Below are positions 8,536 to 17,313 of a stretch of DNA of 33,331 nucleotides, piece by piece (the stretch's first letter is position 1; each line of letters opens with the position of its first letter). Position numbers and translations under genes: made by a program. The DNA lies in IMG/VR virus record IMGVR_UViG_2703718780_000026; one strand, 5' to 3'. Source of the stretch: a virus (lineage: Duplodnaviria > Heunggongvirae > Uroviricota > Caudoviricetes). The notes beneath the pieces are model-generated. The model was not told where the DNA came from and did not search any database. It saw only the letters and a list, made by a program, of their open reading frames with translations.

Positions 8536-9660
8536 TTACTCCTCACTATCATCTAGAACAGTATCTTCGGTCTGCACACCTAAAAGTTTGTCTCTTACAT
8601 ATTCAATACGTGCTTTTACTTTAGGTTTTGAATTTGATGCATCAGATCTTGTATGTTTAATAAACTCTTCTGAGTTTAACCATTCCTCTACCGGTGTTGG
8701 TATTATGTTAGAGTCAGTTTTTAAGGCCAAAGTGGAACCGACAGCTAACGCTTCAAAGCGAATTCTTGGTACAGTGTTTGCCGTTGCATTCTTTCTGAAA
8801 CCATAGGGGAAATATGTTTTGACAAATTCACACATATCTTGAAATTGTGCAGTTAGTTTTTCTTCTTGCTCAGGACTAAATGACTCATTGCGTTGGTCAA
8901 GATATTGGGTTAAGAAAGTATCAACACTTTTTTCAAAGTTAAGATAGTTATCACAATAGGCAAAATATCTAAGAACCAATTCTGGATATTCTCCACGACT
9001 GATCCTAGCATCGTTTAGAGGGCATATTTCCCTAAACAATGGAAACTCTGATAGTCTATTAACAACATCAAGAAAAGGCCCATCATTACTGCCCTGTCGT
9101 TGCTCCATTGTCGTGAGTTTTATTCCACCTGTATTCAATCGATCGAAAATCTCCCTTCTTGCTTCTTCATCACATAATTCAGTGAGTTCAATCATTCGAA
9201 TAGTTTTTCTATCGAATCTAAGCTTACGTGCAGGTGTGAAGTCAGAGTATTTGAATCCGTTGGCTGAAGTTAGCTTTTTTAATCCAGTAAGGGTAAATTT
9301 ATCATTTAGGAAATGATAAAGTGTTCTAATCCTCTGGCTACCATCAACGATTTCCAATCGCCCATCGTCATTTCCGATATCGGCGACAAATACATATGGG
9401 ATAGGAATATTTAGCAAAAGAGATTCAATGAATCTTGATTTTTGAACATTGCTCCAAACAAATTCCCTTTGATAATCAGGTATGTATAGTTCTGCTTGGT
9501 CGGTTTCTAATCCTTTCTGAAATTTGTCAACAATGACACTTACAGGAAACTCTCTGATTTGGTGATCCGTTATTTTTTGCATGGATTTGATCTGGTTATC
9601 CAGGTCAACTTTATCTTCTTCTGTGATCACTTGTTCAGGTTGTCTTGGGACTCTTGCCAT
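8536..9660 (-). CDS. DUF262 (ParB/Srx-like) domain protein, standalone (no DUF1524/HNH domain)
   Basis: ATG at 9660 with AGGAG RBS; 374 aa. Motifs IPDYQREFVW and DGSQRIRTL (the DGQQR-type signature) plus C-terminal FDRLNTGGIKLT. First gene of a two-gene operon, 6-nt gap to the downstream gene. Confidence 0.75.
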   Translation of the reverse strand: MARVPRQPEQVITEEDKVDLDNQIKSMQKITDHQIREFPVSVIVDKFQKGLETDQAELYIPDYQREFVWSNVQKSRFIESLLLNIPIPYVFVADIGNDDGRLEIVDGSQRIRTLYHFLNDKFTLTGLKKLTSANGFKYSDFTPARKLRFDRKTIRMIELTELCDEEARREIFDRLNTGGIKLTTMEQRQGSNDGPFLDVVNRLSEFPLFREICPLNDARISRGEYPELVLRYFAYCDNYLNFEKSVDTFLTQYLDQRNESFSPEQEEKLTAQFQDMCEFVKTYFPYGFRKNATANTVPRIRFEALAVGSTLALKTDSNIIPTPVEEWLNSEEFIKHTRSDASNSKPKVKARIEYVRDKLLGVQTEDTVLDDSEE

Positions 9661-9681
9661 TTGTTTTCTCCTTATGCTTAT

Positions 9682-9706
9682 TTGCAATAAGTTGCATTTG
9701 TTTGCA
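9682..9706 (-). promoter_or_regulatory. Three TTGCA motifs at 10-bp phasing in the leader of the DUF262 operon (candidate operator)
   Basis: TTGCA at 9682-9686, 9692-9696 and 9702-9706 on the + strand (TGCAA x3 on the coding strand), between the predicted promoter and the start codon. Confidence 0.3.
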
Positions 9707-9723
9707 TGCGTAGTTTTATACTG

Positions 9724-9752
9724 ATTTAATCCCACAAGTCCTTTACATGCAA
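9724..9752 (-). promoter_or_regulatory. Candidate sigma70 promoter for the DUF262/HEPN-like operon (TTGCAT, 17 nt, TTAAAT on the minus strand)
   Basis: Reverse complement of 9747-9752 is TTGCAT; reverse complement of 9724-9729 is TTAAAT; spacer 17 nt. About 60 nt upstream of the ATG at 9660. Confidence 0.35.
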
Positions 9753-9802
9753 GGGTTAGAGGCTTAAATGCACCTGCATTAAAACCGCCCCACGAAGCGG
9801 GC

Positions 9803-9821
9803 GGGCGAGGCGGGGAAAGCA
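9803..9821. other. cos cohesive-end site (P2/P4-type 19-mer GGCGAGGCGGGGAAAGCAC)
   Basis: The 19-mer matches the P2/P4 cohesive-end sequence as I recall it, and the following sequence (CTGCGCGCTG.CGGTGGTGCTGATT...TTTTTTCAGCGTCT) resembles the P4/P2 left end. Located between the cargo and Q, as expected for an integrated P2. Confidence 0.7.
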
Positions 9822-9964
9822 CTGCGCGCTGGCGGTGGTGCTGATTTTATTTTTTCAGCGTCTGAGCGCGTCGTGATAGCGTTTAGATTGTGCGCCGGGG
9901 CGTTGGTTTGTCTGCGGGCTGTTTTGCGCGGTGGTGAGCGTGTGAGGGCGTGATGACGGGGTGT

Positions 9965-9986
9965 AAAAAAGCCGCCCGCAGGCGGC
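9965..9986 (-). terminator. Rho-independent terminator downstream of Q (minus strand)
   Basis: Minus-strand hairpin GCCGCC-tgcg-GGCGGC followed by TTTTTT, directly after the Q stop. Confidence 0.5.
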
Positions 9987-9991
9987 GATGT

Positions 9992-11026
9992 TCAGCCGTT
10001 GTCAGTGTCCAGTGAGTAGTTTTTAAAGCGGATGACCTCCTGACCGAGCCAGCCGTTTATCTCGCGGATCCTGTCCTGTAACGGGATAAGCTCATTGCGG
10101 ACAAAGACCTTTGCCACTTTCTCAATATCACCCAGCGACCCGACGTTCTCCGGCTTGCCACCCATCAACTGAAAGGGGATGCGGTGTGCGTCCAGCAGGT
10201 CAGCGGCGCTGGCTTTTTTGATATTAAAAAAATCGTCCTTCGTCGCCACTTCACTGAGCGGGATAATTTTAATGCCGTCGGCTTTCCCCTGCGGGGCATA
10301 GAGAAACAGATTTTTAAAGTTATTGCGGCCTTTTGACTTAACCATGTTTTCGCGGAGCATTTCGATATCGTTGCGATCCTGCACGGCATCGGTGACGTAC
10401 ATGATGTATCCGGCATGTGCGCCATTTTCGTAATACTTGCGGCGGAACAGTGTGGCCGACTCATTCAGCCAGGCAGAGTTAAGGGCGCTGAGATATTCCG
10501 GCAGGCCGTACAGCTCCTGATTAATATCCGGCTCCAGCAGGTGAAACACGGAACCGGGCGCGAAGGCTGTCGGCTCGTTGAAGGACGGCACCCACCAGTA
10601 AACATCCTCTTCCACACCACGGCGGGTATATTTTGCCGGTGAGGTTTCCAGTCTGATGACCTTACCGGTGGTGCTGTAACGCTTTTCCAGAAACGCATTA
10701 CCGAACACCAGAAAATCCAGCACAAAGCGGCTGAAATCCTGCTGGGAAAGCCACGGATGCGGGATAAATGTCGAGGCCAGAATATTACGTTTGACGTAAA
10801 TCGGGGAGCTGTGATGCACGGCAGCACGCAGGCTTTTTGCCAGACCGGTAAAGCTGACCGGTGGCTCATACCATCTGCCGTTACTGATGCACTCGACGTA
10901 ATCCAGAATGTCACGGCGGTCGAGTACCGGCACCGGCTCACCAAAGGTGAATGCCTCCATTTTCGGGGCGCTGGCGGTCATTTTTTTTGCCGCAGGTTGC
11001 GGTGTTTTCCCTTTTTTCTTGCTCAT
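9992..11026 (-). CDS. Q: Portal protein (P2 gpQ-like)
   Basis: 344 aa, the same as P2 Q. Adjacent to cos and transcribed toward it; start overlaps the P stop. Confidence 0.88.
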   Translation of the reverse strand: MSKKKGKTPQPAAKKMTASAPKMEAFTFGEPVPVLDRRDILDYVECISNGRWYEPPVSFTGLAKSLRAAVHHSSPIYVKRNILASTFIPHPWLSQQDFSRFVLDFLVFGNAFLEKRYSTTGKVIRLETSPAKYTRRGVEEDVYWWVPSFNEPTAFAPGSVFHLLEPDINQELYGLPEYLSALNSAWLNESATLFRRKYYENGAHAGYIMYVTDAVQDRNDIEMLRENMVKSKGRNNFKNLFLYAPQGKADGIKIIPLSEVATKDDFFNIKKASAADLLDAHRIPFQLMGGKPENVGSLGDIEKVAKVFVRNELIPLQDRIREINGWLGQEVIRFKNYSLDTDNG

Positions 11027-12798
11027 CAGTAAAACTCCAGAATGGTGGATGTCAGCGGGGTGCTGATACCGGCGGTGAGTGGCTCATTTAACAGGGCGTG
11101 CATGGTCGCCCAGGCGAGGTCGGCGTGGCTGGCTTCCTCGCTGCGGCTGGCCTCATAGGTGGCGCTACGTCCGCTGCTGGTCATGGTCTTGCGGATAGCC
11201 ATAAACGAGCTGGTGATGTCGGTGGCGCTGACGTCATATTCCAGACAGCCACGACGGATAACGTCTTTTGCCTTGAGCACCATTGCGGTTTTCATTTCCG
11301 GCGTGTAGCGGATATCGCGCGCGGCGGGATAGAACGAGCGCACGAGCTGGAACACGCCGACACCGAGGCCGGTGGCATCAATACCGATGTATTCGACGTT
11401 GTATTTTTCGGTGAGTTTGCGGATGGATTCAGCCTGAGTGGCAAAGTCCATGCCTTTCCACTGGTGACGCTCAAGTATTCTGAATTTGCCACCGGCCACC
11501 ACCGGCGGTGCCAGCACCACGCATCCGGCGCTGTCGCCACGGTGTGACGGGTCGTAACCAATCCATACCGGGCGGGAGCCGAACGGATTGGCGGCAAACG
11601 GTGCATAGTCTTCCCATTCTTCCAGCGTGTCCACCATGCAGCGTTGCAGCTCCTCGAACGGGAACACCGATGCCTTGTCGTCAACAAATTCACACATGAA
11701 CAGGTTTTTAAAATCGTCGGCGCTGTTTTCGCGTTTGAGCTGCTCAATGTCGAACAGCGTGCAGCCGCCTTTCAGGGCGTCCTCAATGGTGACAATCTGC
11801 CGCCACTGGCCGTCCGCACAGAGAAGCCCACCGGCAAGGGCGTTATGACTGACGTCGATTTCCACGCGTTCGGCGGCGCTGGCGCGTCCCCGGTTAAACA
11901 GTTCACCCGACCAGAACGGGTAGGCGTCGTGCGCCAGCGTGGACGGGGTGGAGAAATAGGTCGAGCGCAGGTGACTCTGTGAGGCCATACCTGATGCCAC
12001 CTTACGCAGTACCTGAAAATTCGGGATCCAGAAAATCTCGTCGACGTACAGGTCGCCGTTATGGCTCTGTGCGGTGTTGGAGTTGGTGCCGAGAAAAATC
12101 AGTTTTGCACCGTTATTGCCCAGGACAATCGGGTCACCGGTCAGGTCAACGTCAACCAGACGGGCAAAGGCGATGATGTATTCGCGGAACACATACGCCT
12201 GCGTTTTACTGGCCGACAGAAAAATCTGGTTATGACCGGTTTTCAGGGCACGCAGCAGCGCCTCGCGGGAAAAATAAAACGTCGCGCCAATCTGGCGGGA
12301 TTTCAGGATATCGCGGATGCGGTGCTCAAGCCCGGCGCGATACCAGTGCAACTGATAGTCGAAAGACTGCTCAAAGAAAATCTGCTCCAGCTTTTCGATA
12401 GCCTCGTCACTGAAAAAATTCTTTTTCGGTTTGCGCCGCCCGCCTTTGTTGCGGTTAGCGACGTTCGGATTAAGGTCTGCCTCGTTGCCGGTCTGGCTGT
12501 AGCGATTTACCCGTGCCAGTCGTTCAATCTGGCGTCCCAGCAGGTCAATTTCCTTGAAGTCACCACCGGTTTTCTGCGGTTTGATGATGAGCTGGGTCAG
12601 CCGCGCTTCCAGGCTCATTTCGACACGGCTGATGGGGGCAACGCTGTCCCAGCCGTCGCGCTGTTTCCAGCTCTGCACCGTCGGGCGTTTCATCTGCAAC
12701 ATGGCGGCAATCTGCGGCACGGAAAATCCCTGCCAGTACAGCAGCGCCGCCTGACGACGCGGGTCGTGTAAAAGAGTGGTGTCTGTGGTGATGGTCAT
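11026..12798 (-). CDS. P: Terminase large (ATPase) subunit (P2 gpP-like)
   Basis: ATG at 12798 (MTITTDTTLL...) with GAGGT RBS; 590 aa, the same as P2 P. The tracker's start at 12828 is a TTG. Confidence 0.88.
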   Translation of the reverse strand: MTITTDTTLLHDPRRQAALLYWQGFSVPQIAAMLQMKRPTVQSWKQRDGWDSVAPISRVEMSLEARLTQLIIKPQKTGGDFKEIDLLGRQIERLARVNRYSQTGNEADLNPNVANRNKGGRRKPKKNFFSDEAIEKLEQIFFEQSFDYQLHWYRAGLEHRIRDILKSRQIGATFYFSREALLRALKTGHNQIFLSASKTQAYVFREYIIAFARLVDVDLTGDPIVLGNNGAKLIFLGTNSNTAQSHNGDLYVDEIFWIPNFQVLRKVASGMASQSHLRSTYFSTPSTLAHDAYPFWSGELFNRGRASAAERVEIDVSHNALAGGLLCADGQWRQIVTIEDALKGGCTLFDIEQLKRENSADDFKNLFMCEFVDDKASVFPFEELQRCMVDTLEEWEDYAPFAANPFGSRPVWIGYDPSHRGDSAGCVVLAPPVVAGGKFRILERHQWKGMDFATQAESIRKLTEKYNVEYIGIDATGLGVGVFQLVRSFYPAARDIRYTPEMKTAMVLKAKDVIRRGCLEYDVSATDITSSFMAIRKTMTSSGRSATYEASRSEEASHADLAWATMHALLNEPLTAGISTPLTSTILEFY

Positions 12799-12971
12799 GA
12801 ATACCTCGCCGTGATGAATACACGGCAAGGCTACTGAGTCGCGCCCCGCGATTCGCTAAGGTGCTGTTGTGTCAGTGATAAGCCATCCGGGACTGATGGC
12901 GGAGGATGCGCATCGTCGGGAAACTGATGCCGACATGTGACTCCTCTAATCACTATTCAGGACTCCTGACA

Positions 12972-13826
12972 ATGGCAAAAAAAGTCTCAAAATTCTTTCG
13001 TATCGGCGTTGAGGGTGACACCTGTGACGGGCGTGTCATCAGTGCGCAGGATATTCAGGAAATGGCCGAAACCTTTGACCCGCGTGTCTATGGTTGCCGC
13101 ATTAACCTGGAACATCTGCGCGGCATCCTGCCTGACGGTATTTTTAAACGTTATGGCGATGTGGCCGAACTGAAGGCCGAAAAGATTGACGATGATTCGG
13201 CGCTGAAAGGCAAATGGGCGCTGTTTGCGAAAATCACCCCGACCGATGACCTTATCGCGATGAACAAGGCCGCGCAGAAGGTCTATACCTCAATGGAAAT
13301 TCAGCCGAACTTTGCCAATACAGGCAAATGTTATCTGGTGGGGCTGGCCGTCACCGATGACCCGGCAAGCCTCGGCACGGAATACCTGGAATTCTGCCGC
13401 ACGGCAAAACACAACCCTCTGAACCGCTTCAAATTAAGCCCTGAAAACCTGATTTCAGTGGCAACGCCCGTTGAGCTGGAATTTGAAGACCTGCTTGAAA
13501 CCGTGTTCACCGCCCTGACCGAAAAGGTGAAATCCATTTTTGGCCGCAAACAGGCCAGCGATGACGCCCGTCTGAATGACGTGCATGAAGCGGTGACCGC
13601 TGTCGCTGAGCATGTGCAGGAAAAACTGAGCGCCACTGAGCAGCGCCTTGCTGAGATGGAAACCGCCTTTTCCGCACTTAAGCAGGATGTGACTGACAGG
13701 GCGGATGAAACCAGTCAGGCATTCACCCGCCTGAAAAACAGTCTCGACCACACCGAAAGTCTGACCCAGCAGCGCCGCAGCAAAGCCACCGGCGGTGGCG
13801 GTGACGCCCTGATGACGAACTGCTGA
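12972..13826 (+). CDS. O: Capsid scaffolding protein (P2 gpO-like)
   Basis: ATG at 12972 (MAKKVSKFF...); 284 aa, the same as P2 O. Divergent from P. Confidence 0.85.
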   Translation: MAKKVSKFFRIGVEGDTCDGRVISAQDIQEMAETFDPRVYGCRINLEHLRGILPDGIFKRYGDVAELKAEKIDDDSALKGKWALFAKITPTDDLIAMNKAAQKVYTSMEIQPNFANTGKCYLVGLAVTDDPASLGTEYLEFCRTAKHNPLNRFKLSPENLISVATPVELEFEDLLETVFTALTEKVKSIFGRKQASDDARLNDVHEAVTAVAEHVQEKLSATEQRLAEMETAFSALKQDVTDRADETSQAFTRLKNSLDHTESLTQQRRSKATGGGGDALMTNC

Positions 13827-13884
13827 CCGGCGTCAGTCAGTCCGGGAAAACCTTCACGATTAACCCTTAATTTCAGGAAAAACT

Positions 13885-14958
13885 ATGCGCCAGGAAACCC
13901 GCTTTAAATTTAATGCCTACCTGTCCCGTGTTGCCGAACTGAACGGCATCGACGCCGGTGATGTGTCGAAAAAATTCACCGTTGAACCGTCGGTCACCCA
14001 GACCCTGATGAACACCATGCAGGAGTCATCTGACTTTCTGACCCGCATCAACATTGTGCCGGTCAGCGAAATGAAAGGGGAAAAAATTGGTATCGGTGTC
14101 ACCGGCCCCATTGCCAGCACCACCGACACCGCCGGTGGCACCGAGCGTCAGCCGAAGGACTTCTCGAAGCTGGCGTCCAACAAGTACGAATGCGACCAGG
14201 TTAACTTCGATTTTTATATCCGCTACAAAACGCTGGACCTGTGGGCGCGTTATCAGGATTTCCAGCTCCGTATCCGTAACGCCATTATCAAACGCCAGTC
14301 CCTTGATTTCATCATGGCCGGTTTTAACGGCGTGAAGCGTGCCGAAACCTCTGACCGCAGCAGTAACCCGATGCTGCAGGATGTGGCGGTCGGCTGGCTG
14401 CAGAAATACCGCAATGAAGCCCCGGCGCGCGTGATGAGCAAGGTCACTGACGAGGAAGGCCGCACCACCTCTGAGGTCATCCGCGTGGGTAAGGGCGGTG
14501 ATTATGTAAGCCTCGATGCACTGGTGATGGATGCGACCAACAACCTGATTGAGCCGTGGTATCAGGAAGACCCTGACCTTGTGGTGATTGTGGGACGTCA
14601 GCTACTGGCGGACAAGTATTTCCCCATCGTCAACAAGGAGCAGGACAACAGCGAAATGCTGGCCGCTGACGTCATCATCAGCCAGAAACGCATCGGTAAC
14701 CTGCCGGCGGTACGCGTCCCGTACTTCCCGGCGGATGCGATGCTCATCACGAAGCTGGAAAACCTGTCCATCTACTACATGGATGACAGCCATCGCCGCG
14801 TGATTGAGGAAAACCCGAAACTCGACCGCGTGGAGAACTACGAGTCAATGAACATTGATTACGTGGTGGAAGACTACGCCGCCGGCTGTCTGGTGGAAAA
14901 AATTAAGGTCGGTGATTTCTCCACACCGGCCAGGGCAACCGCAGAGCCGGGAGCGTAA
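13885..14958 (+). CDS. N: Major capsid protein (P2 gpN-like)
   Basis: 357 aa, the same as P2 N; follows O. Confidence 0.88.
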   Translation: MRQETRFKFNAYLSRVAELNGIDAGDVSKKFTVEPSVTQTLMNTMQESSDFLTRINIVPVSEMKGEKIGIGVTGPIASTTDTAGGTERQPKDFSKLASNKYECDQVNFDFYIRYKTLDLWARYQDFQLRIRNAIIKRQSLDFIMAGFNGVKRAETSDRSSNPMLQDVAVGWLQKYRNEAPARVMSKVTDEEGRTTSEVIRVGKGGDYVSLDALVMDATNNLIEPWYQEDPDLVVIVGRQLLADKYFPIVNKEQDNSEMLAADVIISQKRIGNLPAVRVPYFPADAMLITKLENLSIYYMDDSHRRVIEENPKLDRVENYESMNIDYVVEDYAAGCLVEKIKVGDFSTPARATAEPGA

Positions 14959-14961
14959 CCG

Positions 14962-15705
14962 ATGACGAGTCCCGCACAGCGCCACATGATGCGGGTCTCG
15001 GCAGCGATGACCGCGCAGCGGGAAGCCGCCCCGCTGCGACATGCAACTGTCTATGAGCAGATGCTGGTTAAGCTCGCCGCAGACCAGCGCACACTGAAAG
15101 CGATTTATTCAAAAGAGCTGAAGGCCGCGAAAAAACGCGAACTGCTGCCGTTCTGGTTGCCGTGGGTGAACGGCGTGCTGGAGCAGGGCAAAGGCGCACA
15201 GGATGACATTCTGATGACGGTCATGCTGTGGCGTCTGGATACCGGCGATATTGCCGGTGCGCTGGAGATTGCCCGTTATGCCCTGAAGTACGGTCTGACC
15301 ATGCCGGGTAAACACCGCCGCACCCCGCCGTACATGTTCACCGAGGAGGTCGCGCTTGCGGCCATGCGTGCCCACGCTGCCGGTGAGTCTGTGGATACCC
15401 GCCTGCTGACGGAGACCCTTGAACTGACTGCCGCTGCTGACATGCCTGATGAAGTGCGCGCAAAGCTGCACAAAATCACCGGTCTGTTTCTGCGTGACGG
15501 TGGTGATGCCGCCGGTGCGCTGGCGCACCTGCAACGTGCGACACAGCTCGACTGTCAGGCAGGCGTCAAAAAAGAGATTGAACGACTGGAGCGGGAGCTG
15601 AAACCGAAGCCGGAGCCGCAGCCCAAAGCGGCCACCCGTACCCCGCGTAAGACCCGGAGCGTGACACCGGCAAAACGTGGACGCCCGAAAAAGAAAGCCA
15701 GTTAA
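14962..15705 (+). CDS. M: Terminase small (endonuclease) subunit (P2 gpM-like)
   Basis: 247 aa, the same as P2 M; basic C-terminal tail. Confidence 0.85.
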   Translation: MTSPAQRHMMRVSAAMTAQREAAPLRHATVYEQMLVKLAADQRTLKAIYSKELKAAKKRELLPFWLPWVNGVLEQGKGAQDDILMTVMLWRLDTGDIAGALEIARYALKYGLTMPGKHRRTPPYMFTEEVALAAMRAHAAGESVDTRLLTETLELTAAADMPDEVRAKLHKITGLFLRDGGDAAGALAHLQRATQLDCQAGVKKEIERLERELKPKPEPQPKAATRTPRKTRSVTPAKRGRPKKKAS

Positions 15706-15804
15706 CAACCGAATGCGCCCCGCGCCAGGGCGGCACGCCGGTCAGTGAGGGTGAATCACCTGACGCTGTACCGGCGTCCACCGCCCGACTTTTCAGAGGT
15801 AGTC

Positions 15805-16314
15805 ATGATGACGCTGATTATTCCGCGAAAGGAGGCTCCCGTGTCCGGTGAGGGTACGGTGGTCATCCCGCAACCGGCAGGCGACGAGCCGGTGATTAAA
15901 AACACGTTCTTTTTTCCCGATATCGACCCGAAGCGCGTCCGGGAACGTATGCGCCTTGAGCAGACCGTCGCCCCCGCCCGTCTGCGTGAGGCCATCAAGT
16001 CAGGCATGGCGGAGACGAATGCGGAGCTGTACGAGTACCGCGAACAGAAAATTGCCGCCGGTTTTACGCGTCTGGCGGACGTTCCGGCGGACGACATCGA
16101 CGGTGAAAGCATCAAAGTTTTTTACTACGAGCGCGCCGTGTGTGCGATGGCGACCGCGTCGCTTTATGAGCGTTACCGCGGCGTGGATGCCAGTGCGAAA
16201 GGCGACAAGAAGGCTGACAGCATTGACAGCACCATTGATGAGCTGTGGCGGGATATGCGCTGGGCGGTGGCGCGTATCCAGGACAAGCCGCGCTGCATCG
16301 TGAGTCAAATCTGA
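15805..16314 (+). CDS. L: Head completion/stabilisation protein (P2 gpL-like)
   Basis: ATG at 15805 gives 169 aa, the same as P2 L; stop overlaps the X start (TGATG). Confidence 0.8.
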   Translation: MMTLIIPRKEAPVSGEGTVVIPQPAGDEPVIKNTFFFPDIDPKRVRERMRLEQTVAPARLREAIKSGMAETNAELYEYREQKIAAGFTRLADVPADDIDGESIKVFYYERAVCAMATASLYERYRGVDASAKGDKKADSIDSTIDELWRDMRWAVARIQDKPRCIVSQI

Positions 16315-16517
16315 TGAAGACCTTTGCGCTACAGGGCGACACGCTCGACGCCATTTGTGTCCGGTATTACGGGCGCACTGAGGGCGTGGTCGAGGCCGTG
16401 CTCGCCGCAAATCCGGGACTGGCTGAACTGGGTGCGGTGCTGCCACACGGCACCGCCGTCGAACTGCCCGACGTTCAGACCGCGCCCGTGGCTGAAACTG
16501 TCAATCTGTGGGAGTAA
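16314..16517 (+). CDS. X: Tail protein X (LysM-like)
   Basis: 67 aa starting MKTFALQGDTLDAICVRYYGRTEG, which matches P2 gpX as I recall it. Confidence 0.8.
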   Translation: MKTFALQGDTLDAICVRYYGRTEGVVEAVLAANPGLAELGAVLPHGTAVELPDVQTAPVAETVNLWE

Positions 16518-16520
16518 CGC

Positions 16521-16802
16521 ATGACAGCAGAAGAAAAAAGCGTCCTGTCGCTTTTCATGATTGGGGTGCTGATTGTTGTCGGCAAGGTGCTTGCCGGTGG
16601 TGAACCCATCACCCCGCGTCTGTTTATCGGGCGCATGTTGCTCGGTGGTTTTGTCTCGATGGTTGCCGGTGTTGTTCTGGTGCAGTTTCCTGACCTGTCA
16701 CTGCCTGCGGTGTGCGGCATCGGCTCCATGCTGGGTATCGCCGGTTATCAGGTGATTGAGATTGCCATTCAGCGCCGCTTTAAGGGCAGGGGGAAACCGT
16801 AA
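16521..16802 (+). CDS. Y: Holin (P2 gpY-like)
   Basis: 93 aa with hydrophobic TM segments; first lysis gene, GGAG RBS. Confidence 0.8.
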   Translation: MTAEEKSVLSLFMIGVLIVVGKVLAGGEPITPRLFIGRMLLGGFVSMVAGVVLVQFPDLSLPAVCGIGSMLGIAGYQVIEIAIQRRFKGRGKP

Positions 16803-17299
16803 TGCCGGTAATTAACACGCATCAGAATATCGCCGCCTTTCTCGACATGCTGGCAGTGTCCGAAGGGACGGCGAATCATCCGCTGACGAAAAACCGTGGC
16901 TATGACGTGATAGTCACCGGACTGGACGGGAAGCCGGAAATTTTCACCGACTACAGTGACCACCCGTTCGCGCATGGCCGACCGGCGAAGGTGTTTAACC
17001 GTCGCGGTGAAAAATCCACGGCCTCCGGTCGCTATCAGCAGCTTTACCTGTTCTGGCCGCATTACCGCAAACAGCTTGCCCTGCCGGATTTCAGTCCGTT
17101 GTCACAGGACAGACTCGCCATTCAGTTGATCCGCGAACGCGGTGCGCTGGATGACATCCGGGCGGGACGCATTGAGCGCGCCATTTCACGCTGTCGCAAT
17201 ATCTGGGCGTCCCTGCCGGGAGCCGGTTACGGTCAGCGTGAGCATTCACTGGAAAAACTGGTCACCGTCTGGCGTACCGCTGGCGGCGTACCGGCTTAA
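16802..17299 (+). CDS. K: Endolysin (P2 gpK-like lysozyme/transglycosylase)
   Basis: 165 aa, the same as P2 K; LAVSEGT catalytic-type motif. Confidence 0.85.
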   Translation: MPVINTHQNIAAFLDMLAVSEGTANHPLTKNRGYDVIVTGLDGKPEIFTDYSDHPFAHGRPAKVFNRRGEKSTASGRYQQLYLFWPHYRKQLALPDFSPLSQDRLAIQLIRERGALDDIRAGRIERAISRCRNIWASLPGAGYGQREHSLEKLVTVWRTAGGVPA

Positions 17300-17313
17300 A
17301 CGGAGTAAACACC

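Noticed and set aside
8315-8806. 163-aa plus-strand ORF spanning the junction of the HEPN-like and DUF262 genes
   Set aside because: Antisense to two motif-supported genes; low-complexity translation (ISISISR...); an AT-rich region readily yields such frames.
9661-9822. N-terminal extension of the DUF262 ORF to 9822 given by the ORF track
   Set aside because: The extension would run through the promoter and TTGCA repeats and up to the cos site with no in-frame ATG or RBS; the ATG at 9660 with an AGGAG RBS is the credible start.
10165-12823. Numerous ORFs in alternative or antisense frames across Q and P (for example 10465-10944, 11098-11547, 11292-11747, 12061-12771)
   Set aside because: They are fully embedded in the long, length-conserved portal and terminase genes; GC-rich coding DNA commonly gives open antisense frames. 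None has an RBS or a recognisable motif.
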